DNA of 62,607 nt, the filler included, from Choristocarpus tenellus KU-1152 (lineage: Eukaryota > Protista > Phaeophyceae), in assembly GCA_964200185.2 (NCBI GenBank). It is 13 parts of 13 records of this genome, joined end to end, with 100 filler letters (N's around TTAATTAATTAA, not from the genome) between each part and the next. Parts side by side here need not be neighbours in the genome. Positions count along the whole stretch, not along the records: positions 50,415 to 55,486 come from CAXNAD020011973.1; positions 55,587 to 58,272 come from CAXNAD020025660.1; positions 58,373 to 62,607 come from CAXNAD020015556.1; 10 more parts are not named here. One strand, written 5' to 3'. The notes under the pieces are model-generated. The model was not told where the DNA came from. It worked only from the letters and a program-made list of their open reading frames with translations, and searched no databases. This document shows positions 51,470-62,607 of this stretch, piece after piece. Position 1 is the stretch's first letter. Each line of letters starts with the position of its first letter. The position numbers were made by a program, and so were the translations under genes.

Positions 51470-54400
51470 CTAGTCTGCCCTCCTTGCCTGCTTCAGGGGA
51501 GCAGCAACACCATCGACAACATCACTCCCCACCCCAACATTACTTCTCAAATCCAAATTAGTAGAGAGCAATGCCTCCTCAGTCCCACCCTTAGCTCCAC
51601 CTTTCTCTTCCTCTCTGCCATCATTCCAGACATGCTTCAGAGGTGTGTTTGGACTAATCCACCTATCCACCACATGGTGGGACCTCCCAGACCCAAAAGT
51701 ATTTGATGACACGAAATGACGACCTGATAATTGTCTAGCAATGCCAACTGGTTCTCTACCTGGAGCAGAAGGGGCTGGTCCTCTTGGAGAACCCCTTAAC
51801 CCTCTTACCCCTGCAACCCAATTCGGGTCTTGTACCTGGGGCCTAGGGGGCCAAGTGGGCGCCCTGTTATGGGCTTGGGACTGGCTCTGTGACATACCCT
51901 CCTGAAGACGTTGCCATCTTTTCTCTGCTAACTTCTGCAGAGCCATTTTCTTATTGAAGGCAATACGTTCCTGAAACACAAGAGGCGTGCATGCAGTAGA
52001 GGTTAAGGTCGCACAATGAGAAATCACCACCAATAAGCCCAAAAGTAATAGAATTGGGACTAGACAAAAAAAGAGAACCAGAAAAGAATAATAGACCTTT
52101 GGTCAGGGTGTACAGAGGACAGGGTTTCCAAGAAAATGGGTTGGGATTTGACATGTGTTGCGGAGTTGGGTATGGACTGCATTGATAATGGAAATGGTTG
52201 CGAAGCGGTTGTTGAGGCCTAGAACAAGGACTGGGCTAGAGGGTTACCAAGTTTGTGTTTTAAATTCATGTGGGAAAAATACTTAATAGGAAACAATCGG
52301 ATTGGATAATGGGATAATTGATAATGATCTCTTTGTTGAGTGACCAAGAGAACATTATCTGCTTTATTACAGTACCATAAGAAGAATCCTAGAAAAGGAA
52401 TGTTGCAGCAAGTAACACAGATTGAGCGACGAGTTTTTATTGATCAGGGATGAGTACAAGGCCTACCACCCCCACCCCCCTTGCTCGTATGGTTTTTCTC
52501 ACTCCAACTTTTCCACTCACTACAACGCAACTGAGAAGGGAACTAATCTACATATCAAGACTTGGGATCCTACACGTTCTTTAACACGCTAGTATACTTT
52601 AAAATGCGCTGGCATCTCAAGCTAGTAGTAGAAGGGATAGACAGAGTAGTAGTAGTCCCGATGGCGTCTGTTATCGGTAAACGTGAACACGGAGGATGAA
52701 GACGTTGGGGGCGGAAGTACAGGACTTCTACAATGAAGAGGAGCCAGCGACGAGGGGGATCGCGACTTCAAGAAGGACTGTGGGAGTGGACCTGCAGCGC
52801 CTCATCCCACTTCCCTCCAAGTTTGTGTTTTACAATGGTGATGATGAAGGGGAGGGGAAGGGTTTCCCAAATACGAGAAAAGCCTCTTAACTTGTGTTGC
52901 CATGGGTGGGTGGAAAGATGCTCTACCTACTTGTGACCACATCAGAGTTGGCCTGGTGGGTAGCTACACATCAAGATGAACACGCCAACAACAACGGAAC
53001 TCTTCATTACACACACACCTGCACCTCCTTTGATAGTGATCCTCCTTTGTCACTTCCAGCACTTGTCTTCATGGCAGCATTGACCCCCACAGTTCCCCCT
53101 GCCTTCCAGCTCACAGCAGCCCTGGCCCCAGCACCTACTACAGGGCTGGGATCATCAGGAATTTGATTCTGCTGTTGCTCTTGACTGTGCTGATGCCCCT
53201 GGTCCTGCCTCCACCCCTCTAAATTCCTTTGCCCAAGCTGCCGCCCCCACTCTCCGTGAGCACTATCCTCTACTCCATTTACATATCCGCTCCCAACATG
53301 CTTGCCACGAGAGGAACGGTCCAGGACCGATCTCTTCTTCTCACCATACCGCTGTGCATCACTGAAGAGAGGAGGTAAGGTGACACCAGAATATTCAGGA
53401 GTGGAGTACCAAGACGAAAACGAAACAGGGGATTAGAGGAGCGATTGATACCTGATGGGGGTGACCTTTGAGGGAGGAGAGAGAGGAACAGAGGAACAAT
53501 AATATAAAGGGTTAAAAGACTCGCAATCGGAACAAGCACCAACTCACATAGTATCAGGGCTTGGAAGGACGCCGGATTCCGCACCAACATCCCCTCTGTC
53601 TTTTACAACACCAGAGACACTCCCGGGAACCTCAGTCACAATTCTTGGCGATCTCAACAGCGTTGTGGAGGCGTTTCTCTCCCCAGCCTCAGGAGATAGG
53701 GATAGGGGAAGAGAAGTACCGTCACTTGGTGAGGGCCTGTGTTGTGGAGACTGGGAAAGATCAACAAACTTTGCAGACTCTGCAGAACCAACATTGCATT
53801 CTTCATTCCAGGCATCCCTCTGCGACCCTGCCTGTGATAGAGCTGGTTCTGATCCTGTTCCCAACACATCTGATGATCCCGAGGTCTGCAACAACGGCGA
53901 AGCCCTGGCCAGCTCTGGTGTCTGACTTGCAGGCCTGGGTACTGTCTCAAAGTTGAGCTTCTGTTGGGTAAGACCCGCACCCATTGTCATCCTTGTCTTC
54001 AACCAGAATATACCATGGGAGACAAAAACAATCAGGAAAAGTTTTTTCATTTTTTTTTTTTTTTTTTTTGGGGGGTGGTCGAAGGGGTAAACATTTTTTG
54101 TCTTGCAGAACCATTTGGCTCTCCCCCCCAAACGTTGTGTTTGCTCCCCACAGGCACTACCGCCCATTATTGTGTAAGATTAAAAAAACTGAGTGAAATG
54201 GACACCGCCAGCAAACTAAAAAAACTAGGTGGGGAGAGGGCAAACGAGACCCTTCATCAAGAGGGTCTACACCACGGTGGAGATACCGAGCAAAATGACA
54301 TTTCTAGATAGAAAAAAATAATAGTGGGAAAGGGTTTTCTAAAACACTGTCAGTAACCAAGTGTGGTCGACATGCAACCGATATATTAATAAAATTAAAC

Positions 54401-55384
54401 GAGTTAAGTGTTTGTCGCCTTCATTGCCCTATAACCCTAATACATGAATTGAAAAACATTTTCCTGAAATTTTCTAAGCCACGTAAGAAAAGTCTACAAA
54501 CTCAAGAACACATTGGAGATCTCACACAATGATATTCATATTATTTCACCCACGCAGCTCCAACAGTAGCCCTAACCCTAACCCTAACCCTATAGAGTCC
54601 CCACCGCACTAACAATCTAACCCGATATATATATATTTTTTTTCTACCCTCTCAAAAAACACCGTGAAAAAAATCATGCTCCTATTCTGTATGTCAAAAT
54701 GATCAGTGCCCCTCCCCTGCAGGCTGAGAGAAGTGGGTGGAAACTGGGAAAGGTTAAAAACTATTATCATAGAGTGCCCTAACCCAAACCTTTGACACGC
54801 ATAATCTGTTTCTAAAACCAACAAGGCAACCGAGCCCCCCCCCAAAAAGAAAAAGATTGTCACAACAAGAAGGCGTTGTGGCACACTGATGTCTGCTCAA
54901 GTAGTACCTTATTATTCTGGGTATGGGGTCGTTGCGGTGGAGTATTTCCAGGGCTTCGAAGGCGGTGTTCTCGGCCTACGACGTTGCTGTAACCCCCAGC
55001 ATCCCGATTGAGACCTATAGAGAGACAGTGCCAAAACAAGCATAGCAGGTTGAGTTGGGGGACGACGATCTTTTTAGATTGTAGGACTTGAAAAGCGACA
55101 ATGGCAGGCGTATGTATGCCCTGCAAGATAGGCAAGAGGCATGAAGTTTGGAGAACAAAGGAAGGATGTTTAGGCAGTTGAACAGAAGTAGCTTAATCTC
55201 AAGTATATATATACATGTGGTGTGTGTGTGTGTGTGTGTGTGTCACTTTCATTCCTTGCACAACTCACCAACAGTAGACTTGAGGGTGGTCTGCTTGCGG
55301 TGAATGGATGAGATGATGCTATCATCCATGGTGCCCCTTCCGACAAGGTACTGGATCAACACTGTCTTAGCTCTCTGTCCAATC
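51470..55384 (-). CDS. SNF2-family helicase, SMARCAL1/ZRANB3-like, last 5 exons
   Basis: Exons 55384-55269, 55014-54908, 53996-53548, 53361-53019 and 51970-51470 are phase-compatible. The first encodes RIGQRAKTVLIQYLVGRGTMDDSIISSIHRKQTTLKSTVG (end of motif VI and the following YL..GT.DD segment typical of the SMARCAL1 subfamily). A long disordered tail follows and contains LSKEVQERIAFNKKMALQKLAEKR. Confidence 0.78.
55220..55242 (+). repeat. (TG)n microsatellite
   Basis: Directly visible. Other simple repeats: (GCCT)n about 58764-58790, (CT)n about 59194-59217, (TG)n about 60818-60848. Confidence 0.9.
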
Positions 55385-55642
55385 CTATCACACCGTATGT
55401 ACGGTTGTCAGAGGTCGGAGAGGAAAGATGCACCCAAGGGAAGGGGAAGGGGGCACCCCCCAAAACATGTTGGTAGAAGCGATCCCNNNNNNNNNNNNNN
55501 NNNNNNNNNNNNNNNNNNNNNNNNNNNNNNTTAATTAATTAANNNNNNNNNNNNNNNNNNNNNNNNNNNNNNNNNNNNNNNNNNNNAAAAAAATAACAGC
55601 AGAATGAGAACAATAACCCGAAAAAAGTAAGACCAGGGGGTT

Positions 55643-55827
55643 GTAAGGGTGTATTTATCCCCCCCCCCCCCCCCCCCCCCCCCAGGTATTCAGCCCAAAA
55701 TGGGATACATTTTTGCAGATCACTCCATGTGAATCCATCCTTCCATACAAATACCAAGTTGTTTTCCAGTTGAATCAAAGTGCACCCCCTTTTTTGGACC
55801 TAAAACACGGGGGGTATACCCCCTTAC
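55643..55827. mobile_element. Possible small MITE of a third family (GTAAGGG-terminal inverted repeats)
   Basis: GTAAGGGTGTATTTATCCCCCC ... GGGGGGTATACCCCCTTAC. Single copy here; the TSD is not clean (GTT/GTC). Confidence 0.45.
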
Positions 55828-56036
55828 GTCAACGTTCAGTCTTCTGAAAATAAAACAGACCAAAATCTTATCTCAATATAAAAAAATATACTAGTACGTA
55901 CATACTACAAAAGACCCAAACACTAACAAAAACACATGAAAAATAAACAAAATAGAAATGCTGAGGCCTAGACCTCTCCACCTCCCCCTTCCCAACCCAC
56001 CGTAGTCACCGAACACACAACACGTACAACACTCAC

Positions 56037-57838
56037 CCTGAAGCCTCCTACAATGTTCACTGTGGAGATGAGAACAGCCAGAGCACCCAACACCTGCTGC
56101 GGGGTTTCTGGCAATAGCCCCCCCCCTAACATTACCATGCCTCCAACAGCTGTCATGCCAGAAATCGCATTGGTCACAGACATGAGAGGCGAATGGAGGG
56201 CTGGGGCAACACCATACACAAGCTGGTAGCCGCCCAGGCACGCCTGACAATATATTAGGGTTAGGGTTATTGGTCATGTGGTGGTGACACAACCACAGTG
56301 CATTGTCAATCCTGTCAATCCTGTCAATCCAAAAAAAATACCGTGTGAATAGTGTTGTACAGGCAAAAAAAAAATTTAACTAGATTGTTGTGGTTAAAAT
56401 ATTTTTTTTAAATAACATGGAAATCGCAGAAAGGTATACGGTACCTTATTTAGTACCTTATTTTAACATGGCCGCACTACTGTATGGCATCTTTTGTCCT
56501 CTGAAACTATTACTAGTACCATGTACTTCCACCTTCTTCTGTCATTCTCCATGTACCTCTCTTCACTGCACACATTATGCCTTTCACCTCCACTGCATGA
56601 CACAAGCGCTGCAGGCCCTATTAATACCATACGTACCTCTTCCCCAAGGGCAACACCTCTCCCGACGTACAAGCATCACAATGTTAAACGCCAAAACTCT
56701 TGAGAACAATCAACAAAATAACAAAATATTCATATCTTGTCCCGTAACAGTATTTATCATATTTATCATACTCAACAGGCAACCCAACACTACATAATAC
56801 TACCACACCATCCAAGTATAATTTAAAAAAACATTTTTTAATGCACTACAGCACTGCCTTCATCCCCACCTTTTACCACAGTATCCCAATTCCAATCAAC
56901 ACCAATCCTCGTAAAACTCCCCCCTCTCCCCCCCCCCTCGCTACCACCACAGCATACCAACGTGAGAATACTGAGCATCTCGGTAAAGTCATGGTGGCCC
57001 TGCCCTGACACGCCCAGAGCCGCAAAAGCCAACACTGCAACAGAAGCCTTCAAGGCGTTGTCAACAGCCTCCTGCTTCGGGTCCACCGACATCACCACCG
57101 CCTCCTCAGGTGCTGCAACTGTATCCTTTGCCACTGGGGCAGGGGCAGGGGCAGGCACTGGAGGAGCTGGTGCCTGGGGAGCAGGCCACATAACCTGCAG
57201 TGCAGTTGATAGCAGTAAGGAGGTTGTTTGAGGATATAGAGATTAGTGATGAGAGATTAGTAATCAGAGATTGGATTTCCCGTATATTCAGGTGACCTTT
57301 TAAGGTGGCGGTTGATGTGGGTGGGGGGGAAGGGTCAGGTTTGCCGTAATGAACTATATTGAGTACTGTAGCATCTGACCCTCATACCAAAACCTTACAG
57401 CAAACAAGACAGATCATTAATCATCCAACACATAACTAACCTCCCATCACCAGACAACATGAAAAAGGGTGCAAACCCCCGAATCGAATGCACCATTACA
57501 CACTAATCTCTCATTATTAATCTCTCATCACTAATCTCTCATTACTAATCTCTCATCACTAATCTCTCATCACTAATCTCTCATCACTAATCTCTCATCA
57601 CTGATACTATTACTGATACATCCAATCAATTACTAATCTCTCATCACTCACCTCTCCCTTCTCAAGCACCAGCATCCCCCTCGAGACAGGGTCCTCATGA
57701 TCAATGTACCAATGGCCTTGCTCCTTGGTGGTCTGAGGCCCAGTGGCTAGGATGAGCTTGGCAATGTTGTTGGAGTAAAGCTGAGAGGACGTCTGGGGGA
57801 GCCTTGAGGGAAGGTCTGTGTACCCAATGCAGGTTACA
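56037..57838 (-). CDS. NNT: NAD(P) transhydrogenase, three internal exons (end of the NAD-binding domain I, linker, first membrane helices)
   Basis: Exons 57838-57652, 57194-56958 and 56243-56037. Motifs [24 protein letters not shown], a Pro/Ala linker [10 protein letters not shown], and [19 protein letters not shown]...STVNIVGGF. Confidence 0.95.
57501..57648. repeat. 14-bp minisatellite (CACTAATCTCTCAT)n: 7 tandem units plus 1 detached unit
   Basis: Units span 57501-57598 and 57631-57644. Inverted copies lie at 57238-57273 in the same intron. Confidence 0.92.
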
Positions 57839-57962
57839 CTGTTGAATCATTGGCATGGCATTGGTAGGGAAGGGGTGTGAAATATTTCTGTGCGTGTGAA
57901 GGACTTGTAACATAGAAAGTAACATAGAAAGTAACATAGAGGGTCAAATGGAGTCAACTATA

Positions 57963-58232
57963 GAGTCAAATTATCTTAGAGGGTAGAGCCACGTCCATTT
58001 GGGACCAAAATACAATGTTGTGATTTTGATGTAATTTTGGCTACTGTGTTTGTTAGGAAGTGTCAATATCCTTGTTCCGGACACACCTTTTCATACCTAC
58101 TCCACAACGTATATATTTTACCTACTCCGAAATGTTTAGGAGTAGGTAAAATGTCATTAAAAAGCCCGTGGGAAGTCAAGTCCCAAATGGGCAAACAGAG
58201 CAAAACTCGTACCCTCTAAGATACTTTCGCTC
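57963..58232 (+). mobile_element. Complete MITE T1-B (270 bp) in a transhydrogenase intron, TSD ATA
   Basis: ATA|GAGTCAAATTATCTTAGAGGGTA ... TACCCTCTAAGATACTTTCGCTC|ATA. Confidence 0.88.
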
Positions 58233-58827
58233 ATAAAAGAGGGGGGGGGGGGGGGTGGGGGCAAGCTGTCTTNNNNNNNNNNNNNNNNNNNNNNNNNNNN
58301 NNNNNNNNNNNNNNNNTTAATTAATTAANNNNNNNNNNNNNNNNNNNNNNNNNNNNNNNNNNNNNNNNNNNNGGGGTGTGGCCGCGGGTGATGGTGGCTG
58401 GTTTGGTGCTGGGTTTGGACGTGTCTTGAGAGGGTGAAGCCAGAACAAGCGCAGGGATTCTCCATACCTGCACAAGGGCAAGAGGGGTTGGATAATTGTA
58501 TCAAATGCCGGTGCATCGTTGAGCTTGTCCGTGTTTGATCTCAATATCTCATCTACATAGGATGCAAAGAGTGCTTTGAGATATCTCAGCTTTGACAGCG
58601 CCTCCTTTGAGACTCTACCGCTTTGTACCAATGTGGCTTGGTCTTGTTACTTCATTTTCATCCATTTTTATCCCATTATTGATCCTCTTGATCATGAGCC
58701 TGCATTGATGGCTGACGCATGAACAAAGAAAAAAAAAGAACTAGTTCAAGAAAGCGATATCTCCTGCCTGCCTGCCTGCCTGCCTGCCTGTACCCTCTCT
58801 CTCCCCCCCCTGCAACGCATCTAACAG

Positions 58828-60395
58828 CGTAAGAATGGAGAGGAGGAGGTTGGAGAGCTACGCCGAATGGTGTCTGAGCTCGAGAGCCGAAGTGATGATG
58901 ACCGTATCATTGGCAAGCTCCAGAGACAGCTCATTGCAACCAAGGTGATGTCATTTTACCTCACACCTACCTCTCCCCCCACTCCACCCCCAATAGCACT
59001 CTCACCGAGCTGTCACAAGCTTGGATTCCCAACCCCATCTTCTCCTATGCATGTTGTCCTTTCCTCTTGTGACACGTACCCCTAACCCTAACCCTAACCC
59101 TACTTTCGCCCACAAACTGCAGGAAGCGAGCGCCCCATATCCCCACAGCCTCATCACAAAAAAAAAAGAAGCAAATGAATAGTTGCAAGCAATATCTCTC
59201 TCTCTCTCTCTCTCTCTGTATGGTTTTTGTTTTTAAATCGGAAGCGGTTTCAACTTGACGATTTTTTTGAGCTTGAAGGGCCCGTTCCATGCCAGACAAA
59301 CTGATCCAGGAACACGCTCGAGGGAATCGGTTTTTTTTTAGCCCCCGGGAACTGATTTGAATTCCTTTTTTTTTTTTTAAGAAAAAAAATCTTTTTATTT
59401 TATTTTTTGAACTTTTTTTTTTTTTAACTCTTTTTTTGCATGTTCCCGCTCAAGTTTGTGCCCGGTATCTCCTCGCAGAAAAAAGAAAAAAAAAGAAACG
59501 AACATAAAAAACTAAAAAAGGATTAATTTTTTTTTTTTTCTGAGGTTCTGAGCGCAGTCGTGAATGCACACCACACACCGCGGGCTGATATCCATGCAGT
59601 CGGCAGTCCTTACCCGTGTGGTAGAGGAGAGCCTGCAGACGGAGGGAAGAGACTAAATTTGCTGTGGCATGGAGCGCTTCATCGTGTAGGGTAGTGGTTG
59701 AAGTGTTACTTGAGTAGTGCGCTAGAGGTATCTTATGGTCCTGTAGAAAATATCCGAAGCAGGTAGTTGATCAGTTGCTGTTGATTTAGTGTACGTTTTA
59801 CATGTGTATGTATTCATCAGAGTACCTACACAAACATTGTACCACGCCCCAGGCGATGTGTTGTCTGCCCTCCAAGCCTTGAGCAAAAGAGGGGTGGGTA
59901 TCTGTTGACCCCCTAACCCTAACCCTAACCCGTTCGAAATATCTTTCTCAGATTTGTTCATTTCAGGTATGTATGTATGTATGTGTATATATATATACAC
60001 AACCCATCGATTGGCATGACCTGAATGTCATAAACTCGTTCTGACTGCAGTTCAGTTTTGATATTGAGGAGCACTTCACACGGTAGTCGAAACGGCGTCA
60101 GCAGGAAGGCGTGTTCCTGGAGGGGGTCCAGCCAGGCAGGACGTTGCCTGCTGTGAAACTATCCCATTTGCACTCCCATCCTCAACTGCACCTTTGCTCC
60201 AATCCCCCCATGTATACCCATGGCGCTCTACCAATGCCCTGCTGATTGCAGGTGGCCTATAGGTCGTTTGCTCGAAAGCACGAAATGGCCTGTGCCAACC
60301 TTAGGAAAAAGACTGCCCTGCTTCGTGTCCTGGAGGGCAGGCTTGACCAGCGAGAGGAGGCACTCTACAATTTGCAGGAGCTCTCTCGGGAGAAG

Positions 60396-60440
<45 letters not shown>

Positions 60441-60815
60441 ACAACCAGCACAAACCAACCCCCCCCCCGCCTTCTTGCGTGCCTCTCCCCCCCNNNNNNN
60501 NNNCGGGAGAAGGTGCCCCCCCCCCCCCCCCCCCCCCCCCCTCAACCCCCAACACAGGAATGTGCATAAGCAATCTCCAGGTTCGTATTTGCTTGGGTCT
60601 ACCGGCCCATGTTTTCCATTTGAAATCGATGATATATATTGTAGTGACTTGCCCTGCCCTGCCCCGCCTTGCCCTGCCCTGCCCCACTTTTTGTGTTGGG
60701 ATATTAGGGGCGGGTAACCTCGAAGGCGTTATCTCCTCTACCTAGTGGTGTTGCTTGTAAGGTAGTAGGATATCCCCATCCAGTCTCACCTATCATATCT
60801 ATGCATGCATGCATG

Positions 60816-60850
<35 letters not shown>

Positions 60851-62607
60851 TGCCTCTGTCCATCCCCTGCACAGTACATACTCTAGACCACCTGTGACAG
60901 TACATACTCTAGACCACCTGTGACAGTACGACATAATTGTGTTTTGTGTCGTGCACCTGTGACAGCCGTTTTATTTAAGGACCCAGGTATGTAGGCCCGT
61001 TGTATATACTCCTAGTACACGCACACGCAGATTTCGAAAGGTCTCTAGGAAAACTGAGACAGTGGGGATGACATGGTGTGCTTCCTTCGACTGTTTGACC
61101 ACACTGCCTCCTCAGGGTCTGTACCAAAGTGTGATGGCATTTAGAATATCGTACTCCGTGTGTAGGTAGGTTGCTTGGACTGAGTGCCATGGTGCAGTTG
61201 TTGATTGGTCCTATCCTTTCCTAGAGAGCAACAACTGGCGAAGAGCTAGAAAGATTGGTGGGTACTCTGTCAGACTGGCATCTTGCCACGTTGTGATTTT
61301 TCCCGACCTGGAGGCGTTTGAGGTACAAACGAGTGGGAGGTGGAGCAGAGGCTGTTGAGCAGTGGGTGCTGTTTGTGTCCGGGCAGAGAATATTTGGGGG
61401 AAATTGTGGGTTTTTCTGCAGTGCCTTGTGGGATGATGATTGTTTCCCCTGAAGGTGGTAGGTTGAAGTCAGGTGCCCACGTTCCTAACCAAGGACAGCA
61501 AAAGCACGTTGTGCTGGCACCGATTCTTCGGGCGAATTGAAGATTAGGGAGGAGGAGAGTACATACTGTTAGCACTCCATGTCATCTCGTGGTGTTACTA
61601 TTGAGGGTATATACCCTGAAAATAGTATTCTGTGGGGTTAGGGTATCAATCGTGTAGTTCGAAGCGCCAACGCCAACGGTGAAGATGGAAAACTCACGCC
61701 ACACAAGACACCAAAAAAAAACACCTACACCTCAGCCTACGCACGCACGCACGCACACATGTACCCCAACAACGCCTTACCAGGTAGCTGCGTTGAAGAA
61801 AGCTCTCGTCGCTGTAACAGAGGGGAGGGCTGTGGGTTCTGATAGTGGCTTGGGAGCCGGAGTGGCAATGGGGACAGGAACAGAGAGGCAACCCCTCTCT
61901 ATTACTCGTGGTCGGGAGCTATCGGCAAGGGTTGCGGAGCTAGCGAGCGCCCTTGAGGTGGGATTGCCATTGTTTGGAGGAGTGCAGTGATGCATGTTGC
62001 ATGTTGTATGTTGTAGTTGTATGTTGTAGTTGTATGTTGTAGTACAGTGCCTATCATTGTGCTGGACCTTGAGAGTATTTTGCTGTAACACGCTGAGTTT
62101 GTTTGAGTATCCTCCATTGTCGTGCACACACACACACACACACAACACACACACTTCCATACCCTGGCCTTCAAACAGGCCAGCGAAGCTCGTGTTCGAA
62201 ATGCAGAAGAGGCGCAGCAGGCAGCCGAGGCAGAAGCTGAAGCAGCGGAAGAGTCCCGACTCTCCCTTGAAACCCTTGTGCAGGACCTGAGAGCAATCAT
62301 CACCAGCAACACCACACAGCCTCCCGCCCCCACAGCCACGGAGCCACTACTGGGGCAGCAGCAGCAGCGGAATGTGGAAGTGGGGGAAGTCAGTGCAGGG
62401 ATAAGAGAGGCTGCAAGGCGAGTGCTGGTGTTGAGCGAGGAGCTTCGGGCTGCTAAGATGGAGGGGCTTGGCCTGAGGCGGCAGGTGCAGGGGCATAGGG
62501 AGGAGCGCAGAGTGCTGGAGAGGAAAATCGCTTCAGCAGAGGAGAACGTGCGGTTATTGGAGGAGGCTAGGGCTGAGGCAGAAACCAGGGCTGTTGTGAT
62601 GGGGCTG
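58828..62607 (+). CDS. CEP290: Centrosomal / transition-zone protein CEP290-like, four internal exons, open at both ends
   Basis: Exons 58828-58944, 60252-60395, 61784-61957 and 62179 to the window end, all phase 0. The product EVGELRRMVSELESRSDDDRIIGKLQRQLIATK|VAYRSFARKHE...LRVLEGRLDQREEALYNLQELSREK...LSEELRAAKMEGLGLRRQV parallels the CEP290 segment I recall (EVESLRMQLLDYQAQSDEKSLIAKLHQH...LRLEQKLDEKEQALYYAR). Confidence 0.82.

Noticed and set aside
60388-60545. Poly-proline (formin- or extensin-like) ORFs and a duplicated exon end CGGGAGAAGGTGCCCC
   Set aside because: Intronic poly-C after the CEP290 donor at 60396, duplicated around an N gap; assembly artefact, not coding.
1-62607. tRNA, rRNA, CRISPR arrays or prokaryotic operon and defence systems
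   Set aside because: No cloverleaf, rRNA-like tract, regular repeat-spacer array or intronless gene cluster was recognised; most short ORFs in the track are intronic or antisense noise.

Overview
This window is not a continuous locus. It is 13 short eukaryotic contigs joined by identical artificial 100-nt linkers (N44-TTAATTAATTAA-N44), so neighbourhood across linkers has no meaning. The DNA has GT-AG spliceosomal introns and encodes a mannuronan C-5-epimerase, which points to a brown alga or close relative (inference). Genes reconstructed by hand from phase-compatible exons: the 3' half of a K+-dependent-type H+-pyrophosphatase (6 exons); a 5'-part gene with a farnesoic-acid-O-methyltransferase-like domain (5 exons); a complete 13-exon secreted mannuronan C-5-epimerase (about 652 aa) with an extra N-terminal Cys-containing module; a hypothetical gene; the 3' end of a SMARCAL1/ZRANB3-like SNF2 helicase with an RPA32-binding-like helix near its C-terminus; internal exons of NAD(P) transhydrogenase; and internal exons of CEP290. 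The rest is mostly decayed transposable-element sequence: MITEs with GRCYCAAAGTATCT ends and 3-bp TSDs, a second TIR family with AACAGC ends, a Harbinger/Plant_tran-like transposase relic, RLE-type non-LTR fragments and a Gypsy protease relic. I found no clear multi-gene novel system. The best leads are the epimerase accessory domain, the relocated RPA-binding motif, a self-complementary minisatellite intron in the transhydrogenase gene, and (CCCTAA)n tracts biased to the sense strand of introns. All protein-family calls rest on motifs recalled from memory; no database search was run.
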